Assembly: GCA_022779465.1 (NCBI GenBank)
Contig: JALFTB010000036.1
Span: 447 to 64,446, forward strand
DNA: 64,000 bases
Direction: 5' to 3'
Source: a bacterium
GTDB taxonomy: Bacteria; Bacillota_I; Bacilli_A; RF39; UBA660
Below, one piece after another: positions 27,505 through 36,421 of this stretch; position 1 is the stretch's first letter, and every line of letters starts with the position of its first letter. The position numbers were made by a program, and so were the translations under genes. The notes under the pieces are model-generated. The model had not been told where the DNA came from. It saw nothing but the letters and a program-made list of their open reading frames with translations, and ran no database searches.

Positions 27505-28253
27505 ATGAATTAAATCCAATTATACAATCCTTAATAGCTGGAATTATAACTTTTAGTTTAACGACTATGGGGTCTGCTTTAATATTTATGTGTAAAAGTA
27601 TAAATAAATCTTTTATGGATAAATTATTAAGTATATCTGCTGGCATTATGCTTGCCTCCTCTTTTTTTTCATTAATTAATCCTTCGATTGATAAGGCAAA
27701 TGAAATTATGATATCTCCTGGTATTATTTGTTCTTTAGGAATTGTTTTAGGTTGTATTGTGTTATTCTTATGTGATAAGTTACAAATGAGATGTGGTAAA
27801 AAAAGTAAAACAAATAATTTAATTCTATCTATGACTATTCATAATATTCCCGAGGGTATGGCTGTAGGCATCGCATTTGGTTCCGCATGTAATGGTGATG
27901 CTTTAATGAGTGCAATATCTCTGGCTATTGGTATAGGTTTACAAAACTTTCCAGAAGGTTCTGCTATAAGTTTTCCCCTTTACCGAGATGGTTATTCTAA
28001 ATTTAAATCATTCTTAATTGGGGCTTTGTCTGCTATTGTTGAACCAATTGGTGCTGTTTTAGGTGCTTTAATTGTTATGAAGTATCCGATTATTATGCCA
28101 ATATTATTAGCATTTGCCGCTGGTGCCATGCTTTATGTTATTATAGTAGAGTTAATTCCTGAAGCTATGTCAAATGAAAAAAAAGAGCATATGGCTCTTT
28201 ACTTTGTACTTGGATTTATAATTATGATGTTTCTAGATATTACTTTAGGGTAA
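27489..28253 (+). CDS. ZIP-family metal (Zn/Fe) transporter, ZupT-like
   Basis: HNIPEGMAVG and LQNFPEG motifs. The first TM helix requires the ATG at 27489. No SD. Confidence 0.85.
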   Translation: MISFFYELNPIIQSLIAGIITFSLTTMGSALIFMCKSINKSFMDKLLSISAGIMLASSFFSLINPSIDKANEIMISPGIICSLGIVLGCIVLFLCDKLQMRCGKKSKTNNLILSMTIHNIPEGMAVGIAFGSACNGDALMSAISLAIGIGLQNFPEGSAISFPLYRDGYSKFKSFLIGALSAIVEPIGAVLGALIVMKYPIIMPILLAFAAGAMLYVIIVELIPEAMSNEKKEHMALYFVLGFIIMMFLDITLG

Positions 28254-28377
28254 TATCTTTTATTTAAAATATTTTATGATAAATTCTGTATATTTTCCTT
28301 TTACGTTTCCATAGGAATCTTCCTTTCTTCATGATTTAATTATACTTAATATAATGTGACAACTAAGTGACTATGTT

Positions 28378-28405
28378 TAAAAAAGAAGGAGTTTATTCTC
28401 CTTCT
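28378..28405 (-). terminator. Terminator of the ATPase-rluA unit
   Basis: GAAGGAG / CTCCTTC stem with the stop codon in the loop, then a T-run on the minus strand. Confidence 0.55.
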
Positions 28406-29058
28406 GTAAATATTTTTGAAAATGATGCGTTTAAAGGCATATTTATAATTACTTTTTGATTAGTCTTGGGATGAGTAAATTCTAAATAATAAGCTTGAAG
28501 ACCTAATCTACTGATAGGATTTCTTTTTGAGTTGTATTTTTTATCACCAATAATCGGATGTTTTAAATTTGATAAACCTACTCTTATTTGATTCTTTCGT
28601 CCTGTTAGAATTTCTATATCTAAAAGTGTATAAGTACTAGTTAGTTTAAGAGGATTATATTTAGTAATAGCAAGTTTTCCTTTATCTTTAGTTGTAGCAT
28701 ATACATTTAAATTTTTATCTTCAGTAAGATACTCTTCAATTATACCTTTATTCTTTATTTTTCCTTCACAAACTGCATAGTATTTTCTAATAACTTTTGA
28801 CCAGTTATCTTGCATTTTATTTTTGGTTTCTTCATTTTTAGCAAATACGACTAATCCACTGGTATCTTTATCAATACGATTTACGATAAATGCTTTTTGA
28901 TTTTTCTTATGAAGATATGTTAAAACTTCGTGATAAAGAGTTCGCTCTTTCTCTTTGGTAGTTCCAATAGTTAATAGTTTAGCTGGTTTATCAACTATAA
29001 GTAAATTTTTATCTTCAAAGGCAATGGTTAATTTTTTAGTTTTCATTTTCAAATTCAT
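28393..29058 (-). CDS. RluA-family pseudouridine synthase (no S4 domain)
   Basis: LLIVDKPAKLL and NRIDKDTSGLVVFAK (catalytic Asp). Start is ambiguous (29082, 29058 or 29046), and every option overlaps the upstream ATPase gene. Confidence 0.85.
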   Translation of the reverse strand: MNLKMKTKKLTIAFEDKNLLIVDKPAKLLTIGTTKEKERTLYHEVLTYLHKKNQKAFIVNRIDKDTSGLVVFAKNEETKNKMQDNWSKVIRKYYAVCEGKIKNKGIIEEYLTEDKNLNVYATTKDKGKLAITKYNPLKLTSTYTLLDIEILTGRKNQIRVGLSNLKHPIIGDKKYNSKRNPISRLGLQAYYLEFTHPKTNQKVIINMPLNASFSKIFTEGE

Positions 29059-29896
29059 CTTTTCTTTCTTTAAAGAATTCATAATATAATTTCATATTAG
29101 GTAATTCTGACCATTTTTGAATAGATACTGGAGTTTGATCTAAATTATAGATTTTTGCTTCTAATAGATTTAATAAAAATGGTGAATGGGTGGAAATTAT
29201 AAATTGACAATTATAAAATCTAGCTGAATCTTCAATAAATTGTTTTAATTTTAATTGATTATCAGCAGATAGACTGTTTTCTGGTTCATCTAATAGATAG
29301 ATAGCATTTTCTTTAATTTCTCTTTCCCAAAACATTAATGCTGATTCGCCGTTGGATTGTTCAACAAGATTATTACTTAATCTATTACGAATGTATGCTG
29401 ATTGGGTTTGATGTCTAGCATCATAAGAAGCTTTTATTTTTTCATAATCATTGATTGAATAATCACTTGAAGTGTATTTATTTTTTATCCATTCTTCGCC
29501 TAATATATCTTTACGACGATTAATGTGATTGTTAATTGATCTTATGTCTAAAAGATAATCAAAAACATCATCACTACTAACTACTTTGATTTCCGCTGGT
29601 TTATTATTTGCCATTTCAAATTTGCAAACACTTACATAATTATCAAAATTTGTTCCTTTATTGATACCATTATTACGACTTGCATTTAATTTATTGGAAA
29701 TGACATTTAAAAGAGTTGTTTTTCCGCTTCCATTTGTTCCATAAAAAATAGTTATATTTTCAAAATCTATATTAGTTAGTTCTTTACTTGAAAATAATCC
29801 CAACGGATAGTAATTACCATTATATATTTGTCTTGGATCTCTTATATTACTTTCCGTTTCATTGTTTGGTAGTTTAAAGTTTTTCAAATAAATCAT
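29036..29896 (-). CDS. Stand-alone ABC/SMC-like ATPase (AAA_21-like), unknown function
   Basis: Walker A GTNGSGKT, signature-like QSNGES, Walker B IYLLDEPE, H-loop STHSP. ATG 29896 behind SD AGGTGA. Confidence 0.75.
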   Translation of the reverse strand: MIYLKNFKLPNNETESNIRDPRQIYNGNYYPLGLFSSKELTNIDFENITIFYGTNGSGKTTLLNVISNKLNASRNNGINKGTNFDNYVSVCKFEMANNKPAEIKVVSSDDVFDYLLDIRSINNHINRRKDILGEEWIKNKYTSSDYSINDYEKIKASYDARHQTQSAYIRNRLSNNLVEQSNGESALMFWEREIKENAIYLLDEPENSLSADNQLKLKQFIEDSARFYNCQFIISTHSPFLLNLLEAKIYNLDQTPVSIQKWSELPNMKLYYEFFKERKDEFENEN

Positions 29897-29913
29897 GTCT
29901 ATCACCTAAGCAA

Positions 29914-29942
29914 ATTATACTAACGAACAAATGTATTGTCAA
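29914..29942 (-). promoter_or_regulatory. Consensus SigA promoter of the ATPase-rluA bicistron
   Basis: TTGACA (29942-29937), 17 nt, TATAAT (29919-29914). The -35 abuts the trmB stop codon (29945-29947). Confidence 0.7.
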
Positions 29943-29944
29943 TG

Positions 29945-30583
29945 TTAATCTTCGAATTTAGCATCAACATAAAATATTGGACGATTTTCTTTATAATATT
30001 GTTTTTCAAAATCTGTCATTATATTTTCAATATTTCTTTCATCATGATGTAAATCAAGGCTTACTTTTGTAAATGTATACCAATATTCTGATAAGCTTTC
30101 TAAGGCTGAAGCAAATAATATTTTATTATCAGTTTTTAAAATAATATGTTTTTTCTTTTTAAAGATACGATCATATAATCTTAAATAATTAATTGAGGTG
30201 AATCTTTTTTTCTCGTCTTGTTTTTTAGGCCAAGGTTCAGAGAATGTTAAGTAAATAGTATCAATTTCTTTACCAAACATATTAATAATATCTTGAGCAT
30301 TAGCACAAATTATTTTTAAGTTAGGAATTTTTTGTTCTTTTATATTGGTAATTGCAGTAGCAGTTTGATTTTCATCTAATTCTAATCCAATGTAATTTAT
30401 ATTAGGATGAGATTTAGCCATTTCAATAATAAAACTTCCTCTACCCATACCTAGTTCTAAACAAATTGGATTGTTATTACCAAAGACATCTTTCCATTTA
30501 TTTTTATAATTTTCTGGTTTCTTAATTAAATAAGAACTTTTTTCTAATATTTGATTAGCATTTTTTACTGTATTATAACGCAT
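29945..30583 (-). CDS. trmB: tRNA (guanine46-N7)-methyltransferase TrmB
   Basis: ELGMGRGSFIIEMAKSHPNINYIGLE SAM motif. ATG 30583 behind SD AAGGAG (track start 30655 is spurious). Confidence 0.9.
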   Translation of the reverse strand: MRYNTVKNANQILEKSSYLIKKPENYKNKWKDVFGNNNPICLELGMGRGSFIIEMAKSHPNINYIGLELDENQTATAITNIKEQKIPNLKIICANAQDIINMFGKEIDTIYLTFSEPWPKKQDEKKRFTSINYLRLYDRIFKKKKHIILKTDNKILFASALESLSEYWYTFTKVSLDLHHDERNIENIMTDFEKQYYKENRPIFYVDAKFED

Positions 30584-30615
30584 AGTTATTTCTCCTTTTT
30601 TCTTAAATAGTATAA

Positions 30616-30645
30616 CATAAAAAGATAGATTAAATCTATCTTTTA
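30616..30645 (-). terminator. Terminator upstream of trmB
   Basis: AAGATAGAT-TAA-ATCTATCTT 9-bp stem followed by a T-run. Confidence 0.55.
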
Positions 30646-30695
30646 TCTGGGTCAAAACTTACAAATCTTTTTCTTTTTACTGTTAATACACCGTT

Positions 30696-30937
30696 TTAAT
30701 TTTCATTTAAGTTTTTATATATTTTATAACTTACTGAGTATCTTTTTGTTTCATTATTTTCATTTTTAAATGTTAATAAATAATTTTCAGTTAGAACTCC
30801 ATTAGCATCTACTAATGATTCAATTTCTTTTTGATTAAAGTAGCTTTACTAGTTGTAGGAGTAGCTTTTGAATCTAAGATGAAATTAATTATAACGTATG
30901 AAAAGGAAATTATAACAAGAATAATAAATATTTGCAT
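30696..30937 (-). pseudogene. Possible frameshifted small membrane-anchored protein gene
   Basis: MQIFIILVIISFSYVIINFILDSKATPTTSKATLIKKK stops after an A-run. A shifted frame continues EIESLVDANGVLTENYLLTFKNENNETKRYSVSYKIYKNLNEN*. Confidence 0.3.
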
Positions 30938-30946
30938 ATACACCAA

Positions 30947-32065
30947 TTATACTTTACAATTTTCTAAAAATCCATAATACTTTTTTCTTATTTTTTGAGA
31001 TATTTTAAAATTGTAGATTATTTTAAATATTAGCTGTCTTATGTATTCAACTATAGAGCATACGGCATATATAATTACAGTTACGATAATTAAATACAGA
31101 AGTACTTGATAAGAATTTTGAATACTTGGGGTAATTTTAAAGACATTATAAATACGATATCTAATCATACTATTATCATGAATTAAATAAACTCCCATTG
31201 TTAATTTAGATAATTTGTTGATAAAATTACTTTTAATATTTAGAGTACTAAAGATACTAAAGTATATTACTGTTTGGATAATTACAAAAGGATTACTATA
31301 AGCTCTGGTCATATTATAGATTCCACCAAATATTTCGTTATATACAGGACTATAGGTACGCATTATATTTGTGGTTTGTTCTATACTAAAATTGATAATT
31401 ATGATAAAAATAAATGATAAGTATAATAATATCTTATATAGGTTATCTGGGATTTTTTTAAAGATATACCACTCTTTGATTGGATATTTTCTAATATATG
31501 CTCCAATTAAATATAAGAATATGAAATTATATAAAGTGTATCCATTATTATCAAATGCTTTACATCCAGTTAAATAAGGTAAGACACTAAACAATGTAAA
31601 CATAATTATTAATAAATAGTTATATTGTTTTTGTTCTAACTTGGAAATTAGTATATTTAAGAATGGACTTAATATATAAATAAATATATATAGTTTTATA
31701 AACCAATATTCATCTAAGTTTAGAATAAATAGTTTTCTTATTATAGTTGCTTTATCAAATGAAACATTAAATAATAGGAAAAGTCCTAGCATTATGCCTA
31801 CTCGATAAAATAAACTAGAGTTTATTAGTGACCATAATTTTGATTGTTTAAATTTATTGGTTGATTGAAAATATCCTGTTAGCAAAATAAAAGAATTAAC
31901 GTGAATAACTAATGTATCAAAGATAAATTCTAGTATACGTTTAATTGCCATATTGGTACAGTTATTTAACATATTACCATGGGTAATTAAATGTCCAGTA
32001 ACTATCATAATCATTGATATTATTCTCATTAATTCATAATTTGAACTACGTTCTTTTTCTTTCAT
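30947..32065 (-). CDS. Acyltransferase family 3 membrane protein
   Basis: 372 aa, multi-TM. N-terminal NYELMRIISMIMIVTGHL is typical of acyltransferase_3 (OatA-like) proteins. Confidence 0.8.
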   Translation of the reverse strand: MKEKERSSNYELMRIISMIMIVTGHLITHGNMLNNCTNMAIKRILEFIFDTLVIHVNSFILLTGYFQSTNKFKQSKLWSLINSSLFYRVGIMLGLFLLFNVSFDKATIIRKLFILNLDEYWFIKLYIFIYILSPFLNILISKLEQKQYNYLLIIMFTLFSVLPYLTGCKAFDNNGYTLYNFIFLYLIGAYIRKYPIKEWYIFKKIPDNLYKILLYLSFIFIIIINFSIEQTTNIMRTYSPVYNEIFGGIYNMTRAYSNPFVIIQTVIYFSIFSTLNIKSNFINKLSKLTMGVYLIHDNSMIRYRIYNVFKITPSIQNSYQVLLYLIIVTVIIYAVCSIVEYIRQLIFKIIYNFKISQKIRKKYYGFLENCKV

Positions 32066-32128
32066 AAAACCACCCTATATTATTATTAACAACATTATAT
32101 CATTTATAAAGTTATTTTGGTAGTTTTA

Positions 32129-32691
32129 TTATGTACAAGCTCCACCTTTTGATTCAATATAATCTACAATATCTTGTAGTAATCTTGCGGCATAATCATA
32201 TTTAGAAACATCGAATATTTGGTTAAATTCAGAATCTTTTGGTTCAATAGATAATTTTTTGGCTTTACTATTCTTAATTACGGTTATGGGAATCATTTTA
32301 TTATTATAATAACAAGTTCTTACTTCACCAGTAGCAGTTGGTTCGGCTACATAGTAGTTTTTAAAAATAATTGAAAATGTTATTACTACTGCAATAAAAA
32401 ATAATATTAAGCCTAAGTTATTCCAGTTATTTTTGTTAATCTTCTTATAATAATATTAGAATTGTTTTCGGTGTTGATTACTCTTTCTAGAAGGATATTT
32501 TAGTTACCAACAAGTTCATCTAATGAAGTATTTAAGATTTTAGATAGTTCACCAGCTTGTTTTAAATCACGAATTGTTTCACCTAATTCCCAATTTGATA
32601 TAGTTGTCTAGATACTACTACTTTTTCAGCAAGTTCTTCTTGACTAAGATTCTTTTTCTTTCTAAGCTCTAATAATTTTTTACCTATCATT
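32129..32691 (-). pseudogene. Decayed XRE-family HTH / membrane-anchored regulator gene
   Basis: MIGKKLLELRKKKNLSQEELAEKVVVSRQ, then a frameshift; the correct frame reads TISNWELGETIRDLKQAGELSKILNTSLDELVGN*. Downstream are further stops and shifts, then a TM segment (LGLILFFIAVVITFSIIF) and a C-terminal domain. Confidence 0.7.
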
Positions 32692-32774
32692 TTGTTCTCC
32701 TTTCTAGTCTAATTATATATTTTTAGAGAAAATACTCTATAAAATAGTTTTGTAAGTGGCGCAAATTATTTTAA

Positions 32775-32800
32775 CAAAAAAGGAAATTGATTATTTCCTT
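32775..32800 (-). terminator. Terminator of the ORF6N / phosphatase unit
   Basis: AGGAAAT / ATTTCCT stem followed by a T-run, 2 nt after the stop. Confidence 0.55.
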
Positions 32801-32802
32801 CG

Positions 32803-33432
32803 TTATAATTCTATATTGGTTACAGAAATCACTTGATTATTATCGTCATAATCTATTTTAAATACATCGGGGTTATTGAATCTTCTATTTATTACTTCTT
32901 TATTATTAAATGTAATATTAAAAGTATTACCATTAAATTCAAAATTACACATTGTTTGTAGATAAGACATTAAAATCATTCCATGAATAACTAAAACTAT
33001 TTTGTGATCTTTGCCATTTAGCATTTCATTTAAAAATTCTTGAAAACGTTTATCTACATCACTTAATGATTCTCCGGTTTTAAATTTTAAATCTTTATTT
33101 GTAAATGAATTAGCTGAAAAATTATCTGGTAATTCTGATACTTTATCACAGCCTAATTTTCTTTCATCGATTCTTTTATCTAACTTAATTTTCAAATTAT
33201 TCTTTTCTGCTAGATATTTGGCTGTACCAATTGCTCTATAAGAATCGCTTGAATAAATTGCATCGATATTATTTAGTTCAGATACATCACATAATTTTTT
33301 AGCTTTTTCCTCACCTTCACTTGATAAAATCATATTTCTGTTATAGTCATCCCAAGAAACATTTTTGTAATCACTATAATTGTCAATTTCAATAAACGGA
33401 GCTGAATGTCTAATTAAATATATTGTTTTCAT
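32803..33432 (-). CDS. Histidine phosphatase (phosphoglycerate-mutase-like) family protein
   Basis: IYLIRHSAP (RH motif) and ...LVIHGMIL (second catalytic His region). Confidence 0.8.
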   Translation of the reverse strand: MKTIYLIRHSAPFIEIDNYSDYKNVSWDDYNRNMILSSEGEEKAKKLCDVSELNNIDAIYSSDSYRAIGTAKYLAEKNNLKIKLDKRIDERKLGCDKVSELPDNFSANSFTNKDLKFKTGESLSDVDKRFQEFLNEMLNGKDHKIVLVIHGMILMSYLQTMCNFEFNGNTFNITFNNKEVINRRFNNPDVFKIDYDDNNQVISVTNIEL

Positions 33433-33453
33433 ATTAGCCTTTTTTCTATATTT

Positions 33454-34311
33454 TTATTGTATCACATCATTTATTCTTTTTAGTAATTCTTTGATAAAAA
33501 TTTCTTCATTTATTTTATTGATATAACTATATTTTTTACCGATATCTTTTAGGGACATTCCACTTATGTACACTTCTTTTTTATCTATTATGATATATCT
33601 ATCATGAAATGGATTATTATCTATGAAACATATATTTTTATATTGAGATTTATATTTTTTTATTAATTCTTCATTAAAGTTTTTAGATATCATTATTATT
33701 TTAGTATTTATGTCTTTTAATAGGTCTAATAATTCTTTGTTTATGTAGTTATCAATAATTATTATTTCTTCGTTTGCATCATTTAAAATATCTAGTAGGA
33801 TACTATTTGCATCATATATTTTTCCTTCATATATTATTGAACTTTGTTTACTAGAAAATTTATTAAGTGACTCTTCTAATTTTAATATTCTTTCTTCATG
33901 ATTTACTAAAATATTATTTTTATTATTGGCTGATAAATATTTTCGCATGTAAACAAAAGCATCTATAATTTTCATGCTTACTTCATCAGCAACTTTTGTA
34001 TGAAGAACTGTAGCTAGCATAGCAACACCTTGTTCAGTAAATACATGAGGTAAATATTTACTATGTTTTCCTACTCCGTCAACTTCTAAGGTCCCAGATT
34101 GTGACCTTAACTTAATATATTCTTCTTTAGTTAATTGAAACATATATCTTTCTGGAAATTTTTTGATATGTCTTTTTACAGCTTGATTAATAGTTTTGGT
34201 CCCATTAGCACATTCATATAATTTTGCTAAATCAGAATCTAACATAACTTCTATTCCTCTTATCTCATAAATTAAATTATCTATTTGTTTTTCTTCTTGT
34301 AATTCATTCAT
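33454..34311 (-). CDS. ORF6N (KilA-N-like) DNA-binding domain protein with C-terminal HKD-like (HxR) module
   Basis: IYEIRGIEVMLDSDLAKLYECANGTKTINQAVKRHIKKFPERYMFQL is the ORF6N domain. C-terminal FHDRYIIIDKKEVYISGMSL resembles HxK(x)4D(x)6GSxN with R in place of K. Confidence 0.7.
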   Translation of the reverse strand: MNELQEEKQIDNLIYEIRGIEVMLDSDLAKLYECANGTKTINQAVKRHIKKFPERYMFQLTKEEYIKLRSQSGTLEVDGVGKHSKYLPHVFTEQGVAMLATVLHTKVADEVSMKIIDAFVYMRKYLSANNKNNILVNHEERILKLEESLNKFSSKQSSIIYEGKIYDANSILLDILNDANEEIIIIDNYINKELLDLLKDINTKIIMISKNFNEELIKKYKSQYKNICFIDNNPFHDRYIIIDKKEVYISGMSLKDIGKKYSYINKINEEIFIKELLKRINDVIQ

Positions 34312-34328
34312 AATTCTTCCTTTCTAAA

Positions 34329-34362
34329 ATAAAAAAAGAGACATACTTAAAAGTATATCTCC
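34329..34362 (-). terminator. Hairpin + U7 between rlmD-like gene and ORF6N gene (terminator/attenuator)
   Basis: GGAGAUAUACUU..AAGUAUGUCUC followed by UUUUUUUAUUUU. It ends about 18 nt before the ORF6N ATG (34311). Confidence 0.6.
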
Positions 34363-34456
34363 GCATATATGCATATAAGATCAGTTGCTTAATCTTATAA
34401 ACCCTAGTCGTTCTAATTGTCATATTAATTTTTAGCAACCTAATTAATACATTTTT

Positions 34457-34485
34457 ATTATAACAAATTGTTATTCTTTGAACAA
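34457..34485 (-). promoter_or_regulatory. Candidate promoter of a ~110-nt leader before the ORF6N gene
   Basis: TTGTTC (34485-34480), 17 nt, TGTTATAAT (-10 at 34462-34457). Confidence 0.4.
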
Positions 34486-34495
34486 TGAAGGAAAG

Positions 34496-35683
34496 TTAGT
34501 TTCTTTTTAAAATACATATTGTTTCCATGTGTTTAGTTCTTGGAAACATGTCTAAAAGATATATTTCTTTTAGGTTATAATATTCTTTTAGATTATTAAT
34601 ATCTCTAGCTAGAGTTAAAGGATTGCAGCTCATATAAATTAGATTTTGAGGTTTATAGTTTAATAATGAAGATAACGTTTCGTTATTTAGTCCACTTCTT
34701 GGAGGATCTACAATAATACAATCTATTTCATCTTTTATTTTGTTAAGGTTTGTTGAATCACCTAGAAGATAATAATTGTTTTGTTTATTCATTTTAGAGT
34801 TAGTTATAGCATCTTTAATTGCTTCTGGAACTATTTCAATACCATATAATTTATCTTTTTGCATTGGGATACCTAAAGTTCCTACTCCACAATATAAATC
34901 TACAATATGCTCATATTTTTCTTTTGATATGATTTTAAATACTTCTTTTAAGATGTCTATATTTATTTGAAAGAATGAATTAATATTTACTTTATATAAA
35001 TACTTATCTATTATTTCTATATAATTATCTTCGCCATAGATTATTTTATTATTAACTATGATACCTACTATTTTATTATTTTTGGTTAGAGTATCAATAT
35101 CTATTTTATAAGAATCTTTAGTATTTATTTTAATTAATATTTCATCATTATAGTTTGATCTTATGATTATGTCTCCATGTTTGATTTTGAATAGTTCTTT
35201 TGATGAAATAATTTTATTTATAGATTCTTTTGCTAATAAGCATTTATCTATTTTAACAATATTATGAGTTTTTTCATTATAATAGCCCCAATTATAATTA
35301 TCTATTTTTAATTCAATTTTATTACGATAATTAAACTCTTTAGGTGAGTTTATTATTTGGGGATTAATAGTTAGTTTAGCATATTTATTAAAAATATTGA
35401 TTAAGATGTCTTTTTTGATATTTAGTTCTTCTTGATGATTGATATGTAAGAAGTTACAACCACCACATTTATCATAGTAAGGACATTTAGGAGTTATTCT
35501 TAATGGTGATGGAGTAATTATTTTAGTTATATTTCCGATTAAATAATTCTTTTTTTCTTCAATTATTTTTACTTCAAGTTCTTCATTTAATAAAGCATTA
35601 GGTATAAACATTACCTTGTTATTATAGTGAGATATTCCTCTTCCTTGATGATCATATGATTCAATTTTAACTATGATATTCAT
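34496..35683 (-). CDS. 23S rRNA (uracil-5)-methyltransferase, RlmD/RumA family
   Basis: TRAM-like N-terminus, Fe-S Cys cluster CPYYDKCGGCNFLH, SAM fold and VDPPRSG motif. Confidence 0.88.
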   Translation of the reverse strand: MNIIVKIESYDHQGRGISHYNNKVMFIPNALLNEELEVKIIEEKKNYLIGNITKIITPSPLRITPKCPYYDKCGGCNFLHINHQEELNIKKDILINIFNKYAKLTINPQIINSPKEFNYRNKIELKIDNYNWGYYNEKTHNIVKIDKCLLAKESINKIISSKELFKIKHGDIIIRSNYNDEILIKINTKDSYKIDIDTLTKNNKIVGIIVNNKIIYGEDNYIEIIDKYLYKVNINSFFQINIDILKEVFKIISKEKYEHIVDLYCGVGTLGIPMQKDKLYGIEIVPEAIKDAITNSKMNKQNNYYLLGDSTNLNKIKDEIDCIIVDPPRSGLNNETLSSLLNYKPQNLIYMSCNPLTLARDINNLKEYYNLKEIYLLDMFPRTKHMETICILKRN

Positions 35684-36380
35684 ATAGTTTTTTTACTTCC
35701 TTTGGAGTTAATTTACGATAATCGCCACTTTTTAAATTATCAGTATTTAAGAAAGCATACTCTACTCTAGATAATTTATCTACTAGGTATCCAAGTTTAT
35801 TAAATACTCTTTTAATAATATGATTTCTTCCTTCGACAATGGTTATTTCAATGATTGAATAATCTTTTTCTGTATCGTTTTTCTTTATTTTTACTCTGCT
35901 AGGAATACATTTAATACCATCTATTTCAATTCCTTCTTTTAATCTTTTATAGTCGGTTATTGCCATGCATTTATTTAATTTTGCAATATATTTTTTGGGT
36001 ACAGCATTTGTTGGGTGCATTAGTGTATTTGCTAGGTTACCATCGTTAGTTAAAATTATTAGACCAGTAGTATCATAATCTAATCTACCTACTGGATATA
36101 TTCTTTTATCAGTTGCGATTAAATCAACAACAGTTTTACGATCATGTTCATCTTTAACTGAACAAATTATGCTTCGAGGTTTATTTAATAAAAAGTAAAC
36201 ATTTTCTTCTTTTGATAAATGAACTTTATTAACAACAATGTCATCATTTGCATTTACTTTGGTTCCTAATTCAGTTACTTTTTCACCATTAACATATACT
36301 TTGCCTTGTTTTATAAATTCTTCTGCTTTTCTTCTTGAACAATATCCTGATTGTGCGATTACTTTTTGCAATCTTTCCAT
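35667..36380 (-). CDS. rluB: Pseudouridine synthase RluB/RsuA family
   Basis: N-terminal S4 domain (RLQKVIAQSGYCSRRKAEEFI) and GRLDYDTTGLIILTNDG. Confidence 0.9.
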   Translation of the reverse strand: MERLQKVIAQSGYCSRRKAEEFIKQGKVYVNGEKVTELGTKVNANDDIVVNKVHLSKEENVYFLLNKPRSIICSVKDEHDRKTVVDLIATDKRIYPVGRLDYDTTGLIILTNDGNLANTLMHPTNAVPKKYIAKLNKCMAITDYKRLKEGIEIDGIKCIPSRVKIKKNDTEKDYSIIEITIVEGRNHIIKRVFNKLGYLVDKLSRVEYAFLNTDNLKSGDYRKLTPKEVKKLYEYHS

Positions 36381-36421
36381 AAAAAATCACCTATTAGTAT
36401 TTTAACATATTTTAGGTGATT

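Noticed and set aside
29036-29896. The orphan AAA_21-like ATPase as part of a known defence system (Septu, PARIS, Gabija or OLD-like).
   Set aside because: No HNH, Toprim, DUF4435 or other nuclease partner is adjacent. The only coupled gene is an RluA-type pseudouridine synthase, and the ATPase is much shorter than the ATPases of those systems as I recall them. It is kept only as an unexplained pairing.
34363-34456. The leader before the ORF6N gene as a known riboswitch (for example guanidine-II/mini-ykkC, because of an ACGA loop, or preQ1).
   Set aside because: There is only one weak 3-bp hairpin with ACGA. I could recognise no second module and no conserved cores of the classes I know. It is retained only as an unclassified leader or attenuator.
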